This document shows, in pieces, positions 39,570 through 47,450 of a stretch of 64,000 nt of DNA. Both the position numbers and the translations under genes were made by a program. Origin of the DNA: an uncultured Actinomycetota bacterium. Lineage in GTDB: Bacteria; Actinomycetota; Actinomycetes; JACCUZ01. The stretch is taken from assembly GCA_963757295.1 (NCBI GenBank), contig CAVWQZ010000006.1:142390-206389 (forward strand). The letters are read 5' to 3'. The notes under the pieces are model-generated. The model saw only the letters and a program-made list of their open reading frames with translations, did not search any database and was not told the origin of the DNA. Position 1 is the stretch's first letter. Each line of letters begins with the position of its first letter.

Positions 39570-40283
39570 CATGCTGCGTTCCTCACATCGATTTGGACGC
39601 GGTAGTCCTGCCGCTTGGCGCCTTGCAGGACGGTGAGCCTGATGACGAGGTTGTCGATGTGCGACCAGTTCGGGGCCGGTCAGCGTGCCGGAGTTGTCCC
39701 CCACGAATGCGGAGGCGGGTGCGCAGCCAGTCGGCTGGAACTTGTCCAGCTCGGTCCACAGCGTTCCGTTGAGGCCGTCACAGTCGTACTGCCAGAGGCT
39801 GCTTCGGAACTCGATCGCGAAGGACGTCACGTGCGCGGCGAGGACGGGTGAGGTCACCACGGTGCCCGAGATGTCGGCGGCGGTGAGGAGCAGCTGGCTG
39901 CCGTTCCAGCTGTAGGTCAGCTCCTCGGGGTCCGCGGCGGTGGGCTCGATCACTCCATCGCCGTCGAAGTCGGCGGTGAAGGTGAACGAGCGGGCAGCTG
40001 TCGGGTTGCTGGCGAGGACGGGTGTGCCGCCTGCGCCCTGCACGTCGCTGAGCGCAACTGCCTGGCGAAGCTCACGTGAGATGCGGTTCAGCGCGACCCG
40101 GGCCTCTTCGTTCAGGTCGCTGGTGAGCCGGGTGTTGTCCGTTGCGGTGCGCGCAGTGAGGACGGTGCTCATGATGATGGCGCCGAGCACCGAGAAGATC
40201 GTCAGGGCGACGAGCATCTCGACCAGGGTGTAGCCGCGACTGTCGCCGGCACGGATGACCTGGAGGCGCGTTCGGAGGGCGTT
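39570..40283 (-). CDS. Minor pilin, PilW/PulJ(GspJ)-like, with prepilin N-terminal methylation motif; frame shift near 39640
   Basis: MNALRTRLQVIRAGDSRGYTLVEMLVALTIFSVLGAIIMSTVL... End recovered as ...HIDNLVIRLTVLQGAKRQDYRVQIDVRNAA*. ATGA overlap with the upstream gene. Confidence 0.6.
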
Positions 40284-41445
40284 CATCGCAGGTCCTCCGC
40301 GGTGCAGGTGAGCACGCCGAGCTCGACGCCCAGCGCGGAAGACGGGTCCGCGACTCCGCGGGTCGGCTTGGTGGTCACCGAGAACACCGCGGGGAGGCTG
40401 CCGCGAGCCAGCGTGCCGGTCGACTCGACGACCGGCGACCCGGTGGACATCCCGGACCAGCTCGCGATCCAGAAGTCGAGCGTGCGGCCCTCGTCCACAC
40501 CGATCGTGAAGGGGTTGTCGCTGATGCACCTGGATGGTCGACGGGTCGGGCAGGCCGACCGAGCTGGGCGTCAGGATCCGCTGGACGTAGGAGCCGTTGC
40601 TGTACCACGAGACGGTGACCTGCCAGTCGGCCGTGACCGTCCCGACACCGGCGGTGTTGTTGCAGTCGACGGACGCACGGTCCAGGCGCACCCGGACCAA
40701 GCCGTCCGACGCGAACGAGGTCGGCAGGATCCGCAGCCGTCGCGTCTCCGCGTATGCGTAGGCGCGGACGGAGTTCGGGTTCTTGGTGGCCGTGAGGTAG
40801 CCCGAGCCCACGGCGGTCACGTCACCCGCCGCCCCGTCGGTGAAGAACACCATCGGGCGGCTCGTGTTCAGCATCAGGGCGCTGTCCTGCTCGCCGAGGA
40901 TGGCGTTGTTGTACGACACGCCGCCCTCGTCGCCGACGTCACTGCGCAGCAGACGTCCTTCGGCCTTCGACGTGCTCAGGGAGACGATGGGCACGCCCGC
41001 GGAGACCTTGGCCTGGACGTTCCCGACCACCGACGAGTTGCCGAAGCAGACCGGGTAGCAGGACGAGGGGTCGAGCCGCTTGGTTCCCGCCGTGGCGGTG
41101 GCCGGGCTGTCGTCTGCGGGGGCGGACGCGCGACACGGACGCGCCTTCCACGGAGTTGCCGGACAGGTAGCTCGCCTGAGCCCCGACGGTGGTGTGGGCG
41201 GCACTCGCTGCGGTCGAGAGGGCGCCGTTGGCGTTGAACATGCCCGCCTGCAGCTGCACGACCTGACCGCTCGAGAGGGACGACGCGACCTTCAGCGCCG
41301 TCGCTCCGGCGGCCGAGACGACCTGCCGCTCTGCGGGGGCGACGTTCGCGATCTCGGTGCGCAGGATCGACGACTTGGCGCTGCCAGGTGCGTCCCACGA
41401 GGTCGTCACCGTCACGCCGAGCAGGCTCGAGGCGGGCATGTCCAT
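40280..41445 (-). CDS. Large (~390-560 aa) Ser/Thr/Gly/Val-rich non-pilin protein inside the minor-pilin operon (PilY1/PilC-tip-adhesin functional analogue?); at least 2 frame shifts
   Basis: MDMPASSLLGVTVTTSWDAPGSAKSSILRTEIANV..., then other-frame continuation PADDSPATATAGTKRLDPSSCYPVCFGNSSVVGNVQAKVSAG...RLDRASVDCNNTAGVGTVTADWQVTVSWYSNGSYVQRILTPSSVGLPDPSTIQV, C-terminus ...FTIGVDEGRTLDFWIASWSGMSTGSPVVESTGTLARGSLPAVFSVTTKPTRGVADPSSALGVELGVLTCTAEDLR*. No class III or obvious Sec signal peptide seen. Confidence 0.4.
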
Positions 41446-41451
41446 GGTTGC

Positions 41452-41932
41452 TCAGCGCGGGCGTTGTAGGTGGCCCGCGGCATGACGACGACCCGTTCGG
41501 ACGTCAGGAACTGGACCTCGATCATGCTGACGGAACTTTGCGAAGCCGGCGATCGGGTTGATCGTGCAGCGGTAGGTGGCGCTCGCGGCGATGTAGGCGC
41601 GGGCCGTGCACGGGTCGTTGGCCTCGAGCGCGCCTGCGGCCTGCAGGTCGCGGAAGTAGACGTCGAGGATGTCGCGGTACTGGCCGTTGTCGAACGCGAC
41701 GTAGTAGGGCAGGTTGCGCATCGACTCGACCCGCTCGACCGCGAGCTGCTTGGCCTGGGTGCTCAGCTTGGCGATGGTCGCCAGCCGGGTGGCCGAGATG
41801 AGCATCGGGATCAGCGCAGCAGCGATCACGCCGAAGATCATCAACGCGGTGATGACCTCCGCGAGGGTGAAGCCCTCGTCGGAGGCCGTGGCGGCGCCGG
41901 AGCCGGGACAGGAAGCTAGTCGGTCGAGACAC
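41452..41932 (-). CDS. Minor pilin, PilV-like (prepilin N-terminus); start region frame-shifted
   Basis: ...ASDEGFTLAEVITALMIFGVIAAALIPMLISATRLATIAKLSTQAKQLAVERVESMRNLPYYVAFDNGQYRDILDVYFRDLQAAGALEANDPCTARAYIAASATYRCTINPIAGFAKF. Confidence 0.55.
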
Positions 41933-42393
41933 GGGCGGTCAGTCCTTCCACCTGTACGACGATGTCGGCCGCGGCCAGCGCGGGAACGGTCGCGGTTCCC
42001 GGCGAGGCGGTTCCCCTCGGGGTGAAGATGACGTGGGCGGCGTCGGTCCCGTCGGACTGGGTGAACGACGCGGCGATGGTCACGCCAGTCGAGTCGGTCT
42101 CGGCCGGACCGCGCACGATCGTGCTCGTGCACGTGCCCTTGCGCATGGAGTAGGTGGTCGCACGTGTCGAACGTCACGCAGTAGGACGTGGCCTCGGTGA
42201 GCGCTCGCTGCTGGGCCTGGCGCAGGAAGGACACCAGCTGCTGGGCGGAGCCGCTCTGCTCGCGGGCGCGCGTCCAGCTCACCGACCCGCCGGCCACGAT
42301 CCCGAGGGTGATGCCCATGATGGCCATCGCCACCAGGACCTCGATCAGCGTGAAGCCACGCTGGTCGGAACCGGCTCGCACCTGCTTGAACAT
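41916..42393 (-). CDS. Minor pilin, FimT/GspH-like (prepilin N-terminus); frame shift near 42150
   Basis: MFKQVRAGSDQRGFTLIEVLVAMAIMGITLGIVAGGSVSWTRAREQSGSAQQLVSFLRQAQQRALTEATSYCVTFDTCD..., C-part GTCTSTIVRGPAETDSTGVTIAASFTQSDGTDAAHVIFTPRGTASPGTATVPALAAADIVVQVEGLTARVSTD*. SD GGAG 8 nt before the ATG. Confidence 0.55.
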
Positions 42394-42507
42394 GGACGCT
42401 CCTGCATCAGAGGCTCTCTGGCGGTGGATATCGGCAGCGCGACAGGCCAAGTTGAGCGTCGCCCCCAACTGGTCTGCGCTCATCTGCGGTCGTGCGTACC
42501 GGCCCGA

Positions 42508-42943
42508 TCAGCAGGGGCCCGGCGCGGGCCGGCCCTCCAGGCTGTCCATGTGGTAGTCGGCCGTCCCGATCGCCGTTGAGCTTGATGTGGTCGGCCTCGA
42601 GGCAGTAGCGGGTCGAGGTGGTGATGCCCGCGACCGGCAGCGACACCTCGACGTTCCCGCTCGCGTCACCCGACGCGTGGAAGGCGTACGGCGGGGTGAC
42701 ACCCGGCTGGATCGCACCCACCGGGAGATAGGTGCCGTGATCGTCGAAGAAGTTCTCCATGACCACCGCTGCGCTGCGGAGGTCCGAGACAGCGGCCGCG
42801 CGCCAGGCCTTCTCGCGCTGGTGCAGGAAGCTCGGGATGGCGATGCCGGCCAGGACGCCGATGATGATGACAACCACGAGCAGCTCGATCAGCGTGAAGC
42901 CGTCTTCACGCCATCGTTCGCTCATGAGTTGGTAACGCTTCAT
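42508..42943 (-). CDS. pilA3: Type IV (major-type) pilin paralog 3; C-terminal frame ambiguity near 42580
   Basis: MKRYQLMSERWREDGFTLIELLVVVIIIGVLAGIAIPSFLHQREKAWRAAAVSDLRSAAVVMENFFDDHGTY... Alternative-frame end ...YCLEADHIKL..TAIGTADYHMDSLEGRPAPGPC* is homologous to the pilA1 end AAVDYHLDITIGRPTDGRLLI*. Confidence 0.65.
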
Positions 42944-43005
42944 CCCAACGTGTCGGGCTATCGGCGCAGGTCATCAAGCGGCCAATCGGATGAAGGCCGG
43001 GCGCA

Positions 43006-43040
43006 GAGGGGGGCGGCACCGAGTCGGTGCCGCCCCCCTC
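43006..43040 (-). terminator. Near-perfect 16-17-bp GC-rich inverted repeat between pilA2 and pilA3 (candidate intrinsic terminator or attenuator; no U-tract)
   Basis: GAGGGGGGCGGCACCGA-G-TCGGTGCCGCCCCCCTC, read directly from the sequence. Confidence 0.45.
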
Positions 43041-43056
43041 ACAAGCAAGCCCTAGA

Positions 43057-43461
43057 TCAGGGCAGGCGCCCGTCGTCGGGCGACCGATCGTGATGTCCAG
43101 GTGGTAGTCGACCGCGGCCGGCAGCTTGAGGTGGTTCGCGTTCAGGCAGTAGCCGGTGGTGGTCTGCGGTGGCGATCGTCAGGGTGACGTCGGAGGTGCC
43201 GGCGTCGTTACCGGACGACTTGAACAGCGCCGGAGTGGCACCGGCGTAGGTGCCGTTGTCGTCGAAGTACTCCTCCATCTTGGTCGCTGCGTTGCGCAGG
43301 TCGGAGATGGCGGCCTTCTTCCAGGCCTTCTCACGCTGGTTGAGGAACGTGGGGATGGCGATGGCGGCGAGAATGCCGATGATGATGATGACCACGAGGA
43401 GCTCGATCAGCGTGAATCCGCTGTCGCCTTCCTCGCGGGCCTTGCGGATGCGAGCGAGCAT
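43057..43461 (-). CDS. pilA2: Type IV major pilin, tandem copy 2 (identical to copy 1 for the first ~100 codons, then a 31-codon out-of-frame segment bounded by a +1 and a -1 indel)
   Basis: MLARIRKAREEGDSGFTLIELLVVIIIIGILAAIAIPTFLNQREKAWKKAAISDLRNAATKMEEYFDDNGTYAGATPALFKSSGNDAGTSDVTLTIAT, then ADHHRLLPEREPP...SPD, then DGRLP*. SD AAAGGACGGG before the ATG. Confidence 0.7.
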   Translation of the reverse strand: MLARIRKAREEGDSGFTLIELLVVIIIIGILAAIAIPTFLNQREKAWKKAAISDLRNAATKMEEYFDDNGTYAGATPALFKSSGNDAGTSDVTLTIATADHHRLLPEREPPQAAGRGRLPPGHHDRSPDDGRLP

Positions 43462-44500
43462 GTGCCCGTCCTTTCAGGACCGAACCGATGAGCCGCGCCG
43501 CCGGTCCCTCGCGGCACCCTTGTGGGGTGCCGGCCGAGGCAGCTGGGCTGACCACCCGTGGTGGCTCCCTGGCTTTGCGACCCCGTCTCGCGACGGGTGT
43601 GCCGTGTCTGGCCGGTGCAGCTCGTTGACATCAGAGTGTTCGGCCCCCCGCGGGGCCCGCTTGAGCGTCTGTCGGACCGACTTGGCGGCGCCACCCGGGC
43701 GGGCTAAAGCCAGAACGGCGGCCCAGCGGCCAGATGGCCGCCGGACCGCCGCAGGTGCAGACGTCAGATCAGCAGGCGCCCGTCGGTCGGGCGACCGATC
43801 GTGATGTCCAGGTGGTAGTCCACCGCGGCCGGCAGCTTGAGGTGGTTCGCGTTCAGGCAGTAGCCGGTGGTGGTCTGGGTGGCGATCGTCAGGGTGACGT
43901 CGGAGGTGCCGGCGTCGTTACCGGACGACTTGAACAGCGCCGGAGTGGCACCGGCGTAGGTGCCGTTGTCGTCGAAGTACTCCTCCATCTTGGTCGCTGC
44001 GTTGCGCAGGTCGGAGATGGCGGCCTTCTTCCAGGCCTTCTCACGCTGGTTGAGGAACGTGGGGATGGCGATGGCGGCGAGAATGCCGATGATGATGATG
44101 ACCACGAGGAGCTCGATCAGCGTGAATCCGCTGTCGCCTTCCTCGCGGGCCTTGCGGATGCGAGCGAGCATGTGCCCGTCCTTTCAGGACCGAACCGATG
44201 AGCCGCGCCGCCGGTCCCTCGCGGCACCCTTGTGGGGTGCCGGCCGAGGCAGCTGGGCTGACCACACCGTGGTGGCTCCCTGGCTTTGCGACCCCGTCTC
44301 GCGACGGGTGTGCCGTGTCTGGCCGGTGCAGCTCGTTGACATCAGAGTGTTCGGCCCCCCGCGGGGCCCGCTTGAGCGTCTGCCGGACCAAATCTGGCGG
44401 CGCCACCCGAGCGGGCTAAGCCGAACGGCGGCCCAGCGGCCAGATGGCCGCCGGACCGCCGCAGGTGCAGACGTCGCCGGTTCGGAGGGCGCGCTACTCG
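43090..44500. repeat. Tandem direct duplication, unit ~710 bp x2 (pilin CDS plus ~300-bp 5' leader), leaders >95% identical
   Basis: 43462-43763 and 44172-44493 align almost base for base. Both contain hairpins GGCACCC-TTGTG-GGGTGCC and CCCGTC-TCGC-GACGGG. Confidence 0.85.
43764..44171 (-). CDS. pilA1: Type IV major pilin, tandem copy 1 (intact, 135 aa)
   Basis: Same N-terminus with G/FTLIELLVV prepilin cleavage/methylation motif. ...TLTIATQTTTGYCLNANHLKLPAAVDYHLDITIGRPTDGRLLI*. Confidence 0.8.
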   Translation of the reverse strand: MLARIRKAREEGDSGFTLIELLVVIIIIGILAAIAIPTFLNQREKAWKKAAISDLRNAATKMEEYFDDNGTYAGATPALFKSSGNDAGTSDVTLTIATQTTTGYCLNANHLKLPAAVDYHLDITIGRPTDGRLLI

Positions 44501-45717
44501 ACCAGGTCGAAGATCTTGAAGATGGGCATGTAGAGCGCGATGATCATCGACCCGACGATGCCACCGAGGAAGGCGATCATCAGCGGCTCGAGCAGCGCCG
44601 TCAGGCTCTCGGTGGTCGCCTCGACCTCGGCGTCGTAGAACTCCGCGATCTTGCCGAGCATCGTGTCGAGCGCGCCGGTGTCCTCACCGACGGAGAGCAT
44701 CTGGACCACCATCGGCGGGAACACCGAGTGGTTGGCCAGGGGCCCGGCGAGCGTCTCGCCTCGCCGTACGCTCTCCTGCACGTCCCGCGTGGCGTGCGCG
44801 AGCACGACGTTGCCGGTGGTGTCGGCGACGATGTCCAGCGCCTGCAGGATCGGGACGCCGGCCTTGAGCATGGTGCCCAGGTTGCGGCAGAACCGGGTCA
44901 GCGCGACCTTCTGGAACAGGCCACCGAAGACGGGGATCTTCAGCTTCAGCGGGTCGAGGAAGTTGCGCACCCCGTCCTTGTGCTTGACCCGCTTCCACAC
45001 GAACAGGAAGACGATGAAGCCGACGAGGCCCAGCGGCGCCAGGATCTTCATCTTGTCGCTGAGGAACACCAGCACCCGCGTCGGGGCGGGCAGGGTGGCG
45101 CCGAGCTCCTCGAACATCCCGGCGAAGACCGGCACGATGAAGAGCAGCATGCCGGTGACGGCGAGCACGGCCATGATCAGCACGACGACCGGGTAGGTCA
45201 TGGCGGACTTGATCTTGCTGCGCAGCTTGACCTCGGACTCGTAGTTCGCCGCGACCTGCAGCAGCACCGTGTCGAGGAAGCCGCCGACCTCGCCGGCCCG
45301 GGTGAGGTTGACCATCAGGGGCGGGAAGACGTTGGGGTGCTTGGCCATCGCGTTGGACAGCGCGAGACCGGTCTCCACGTCCTTGCCGACCTCGCCGAGG
45401 ACCCGGCGAAGCTCCTTGTTCTCCGTCTGCTCGGCCAGGATCGTCAGCGAGCGCAGCATCGAGAGCCCGGCGTTGATCATGGTCGCGAACTGCCGCGACA
45501 TGACCGCGAGGTCCTTGAGCTTCACCTTCTTGCCGAAGCCCGGGATGCTGATCTCCTTCTTCATCCCGGCCTTGCTCTCGTTGATGCTCACGGGCGCGTA
45601 GCCCATGCTCTTGAGCTTGGTGGCAACCGCAGCCTGGGACTCCGCCTCCAGCTTGCCGGAGACGATCTTGCCCGAGCGGTCCCGGACCGAGTACTCGTAT
45701 GTCAGCGTCGCAGCCAT
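44494..45717 (-). CDS. pilC: Type IV pilus inner-membrane platform protein PilC (two T2SS-F domains)
   Basis: MAATLTYEYSVRDRSGKIVSGKLEAESQAAVATKLKSMGYAPVSI..., two repeats of the GspF-type domain. Intact 407 aa. SD GAGG upstream. Confidence 0.9.
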   Translation of the reverse strand: MAATLTYEYSVRDRSGKIVSGKLEAESQAAVATKLKSMGYAPVSINESKAGMKKEISIPGFGKKVKLKDLAVMSRQFATMINAGLSMLRSLTILAEQTENKELRRVLGEVGKDVETGLALSNAMAKHPNVFPPLMVNLTRAGEVGGFLDTVLLQVAANYESEVKLRSKIKSAMTYPVVVLIMAVLAVTGMLLFIVPVFAGMFEELGATLPAPTRVLVFLSDKMKILAPLGLVGFIVFLFVWKRVKHKDGVRNFLDPLKLKIPVFGGLFQKVALTRFCRNLGTMLKAGVPILQALDIVADTTGNVVLAHATRDVQESVRRGETLAGPLANHSVFPPMVVQMLSVGEDTGALDTMLGKIAEFYDAEVEATTESLTALLEPLMIAFLGGIVGSMIIALYMPIFKIFDLVE

Positions 45718-45728
45718 TGCCTTGCCTC

Positions 45729-46993
45729 TCAGCCTCGGCCAGACAGCCGGTTGAAGTCCTCGACGTGGTGGCACTTCTCGAGACCGGTCTCGTAGGTGAT
45801 CTTGCCCTTCTTGACAAGGTCTGCGAGGTGCTGGTCCATGGTGTGCATTCCGTGCTTCGCCCCGGCCTGCATGGCCGAGTAGATCTGGTGGGTCTTGCCT
45901 TCCCGGATGAGGTTGCGGATGGCCGGCGTGGCCACCAGCACCTCGGTTGCGACCACGCGGCCCTGACCGTCAGCGGTCCGGGCGAGCGTCTGGCAGACGA
46001 CGCCCTGGAGGGCGCCGGCGAGCTGGACCCGCACCTGCTGCTGCTGGTGCGGCGGGAAGACGTCGATGACGCGGTCGATCGTCTGCGCCGCGTCCTGACG
46101 TGTGCAGCGTGGCGAAGACGAGGTGGCCGGTCTCGGCCGCGGTCAGGGCGACCGAGATCGTCTCGAGGTCACGCATCTCGCCGACCAGGATGATGTCGGG
46201 GTCCTGGCGCAGCACGTGCTTCAGCGCGTTCTGGAAGGACCAGGTGTCCTCCCCCACCTCGCGCTGGTTGACGATGCAGGACTGGTGACGGTGGAGGAAC
46301 TCGATCGGGTCCTCGACGGTCATGATGTGGTCTTTGCGCGTCCGGTTGGCGAGGTCGACGATCGAGGCCAGCGTCGTGGACTTGCCGGAGCCGGTAGGAC
46401 CGGTGACGAGGACGAAGCCACGCGGCAGGCTCGCGAAGTTCGCCACCGACGGCGGTACGCCGAGGTCCTCGAGCTTGCGGATCTCGAACGGGATGATGCG
46501 GAAGGCAGCGCCGACCGCGTCCCGCTGGCGGTACATGTTGACGCGGAACCGTGCGCGGCCAGGGACGCTGTAGGCGAAGTCGAGCTCGAGGTTCTCCTCG
46601 AACTTCTCCCGCTGCTTCTGGGTCAGCGCCGCGTACATCACGCGCTGGATGACCGGCGGCGTCAGGATCGGCTGGTCCTCCAGGGCCATCAGCTCGCCGT
46701 TGAGGCGCAGTGACGGCCGGGCACCGGAGGTGAGGTGCAGGTCGGACGCGCCGCGGCTGAGGACGGTCTCCAGCAGGTCGTTCAGGGAGATGTCCTCGTC
46801 CTCGAGCGGCGGCTTCGGTCGACCCGCGCTGGTAGGCGGACTCGACGGCCTCGGGCTCGGCCACGAGGACCGTCTGCTCGGGGACCGGTACGACGTCGGC
46901 GTGCCACTCGGTCGAGGCCACCGGCAGCGGTGCCAGCGGCTCGGCAGCGACCTGGGTCGGGAAGGTCGGGAGGAAGGCCTCAGCGGGCGGCAT
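45729..46993 (-). CDS. pilT: Twitching-motility retraction ATPase PilT with an apparent ~65-aa Pro/Ala/Glu-rich N-terminal extension; frame shifts near 46040 and near 46800; no start codon at the canonical PilT N-terminus
   Basis: ...[38 protein letters not shown]..., Walker [17 protein letters not shown], ...LVFATLHTS, then C-part (ORF 45729..46034) [20 protein letters not shown]...[23 protein letters not shown]. Candidate ATG at 46993 overlaps the upstream small-ORF stop. Confidence 0.75.
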
Positions 46994-47350
46994 GGCGGAC
47001 GGCACGGGCGGCGGCACGGCTCGGACGGCCGGCGGCCTCGGCGACCGGCTCGGCGAGGTACTCCGGCGCAGGCGCAGGCGCGGGAGCCTGGGCCGGCGGG
47101 GCGTCGAGGTACTCGGGCTGCGGCGGGGCGGCGGCCTCGAGCGACGGCGGCGGCGGTCGGGCGCCGGCTCGTTCACGTAGGAGTAGTTCCACCCTCCCCC
47201 GGCGACCGTCTGCTCCTCTTCGGGCGCGAGGCCAGGACCGGGCACGAACGTGCTCGGCTCTTCCGGCTGCGCCGGCTGGAATCCGGACGTCTCCACCTGC
47301 TGACCCCTTTCGACGTACCGTGCGGTCGCACGGCACCCGAGCAGACCTGG
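46980..47350 (-). other. Coding potential for a small (~105-125 aa) acidic Pro/Ala/Glu-rich low-complexity protein between pilB and pilT (frame-shifted; could alternatively be part of a longer PilT N-extension)
   Basis: [46 protein letters not shown]..., then other-frame [45 protein letters not shown]...*. SD AAAGGGG before GTG 47296. Confidence 0.3.
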
Positions 47351-47450
47351 CTGTCGAGCCAGTTCTCTCCTGCGTGGCATCGGTCGAGCAGTCGGCCTGC
47401 TTGAGCGTCGGGCCCGACCTTGCCAAGCCTTTAGACGACGACCCGCAGGA

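Larger units (their letters stand above)
36700..39600. repeat. Tandem direct duplication, unit ~1.36-1.46 kb x2, covering the PilX_N-like gene plus the last ~25 nt (GATGTGAGGAACGCAGCATGA) of the upstream gene
   Basis: Near-identical sequence 36714-38150 vs 38178-39600. The duplicated junction CGATGTGAGGAACGCAGCATGAGAT occurs at both ~38112 and ~39572. Confidence 0.8.

Noticed and set aside
42508-42600. C-terminal disulfide loop (Cys...Cys) as in proteobacterial pilins for all three pilin copies
   Set aside because: Only pilA3 can be read with a second Cys, in an alternative frame (CLEADHIKL...GRPAPGPC*). pilA1/pilA2 end DGRLLI*/DGRLP* with a single Cys in both copies, so a conserved disulfide D-region is not supported.
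43560-43600. Sigma-54 (-24/-12) promoter GGCACA-N5-TCGC in the pilin leader
   Set aside because: The -24 element is good but -12 is imperfect, and Actinobacteria generally lack RpoN. It overlaps the CCCGTC/GACGGG hairpin, so is more likely a structural coincidence.
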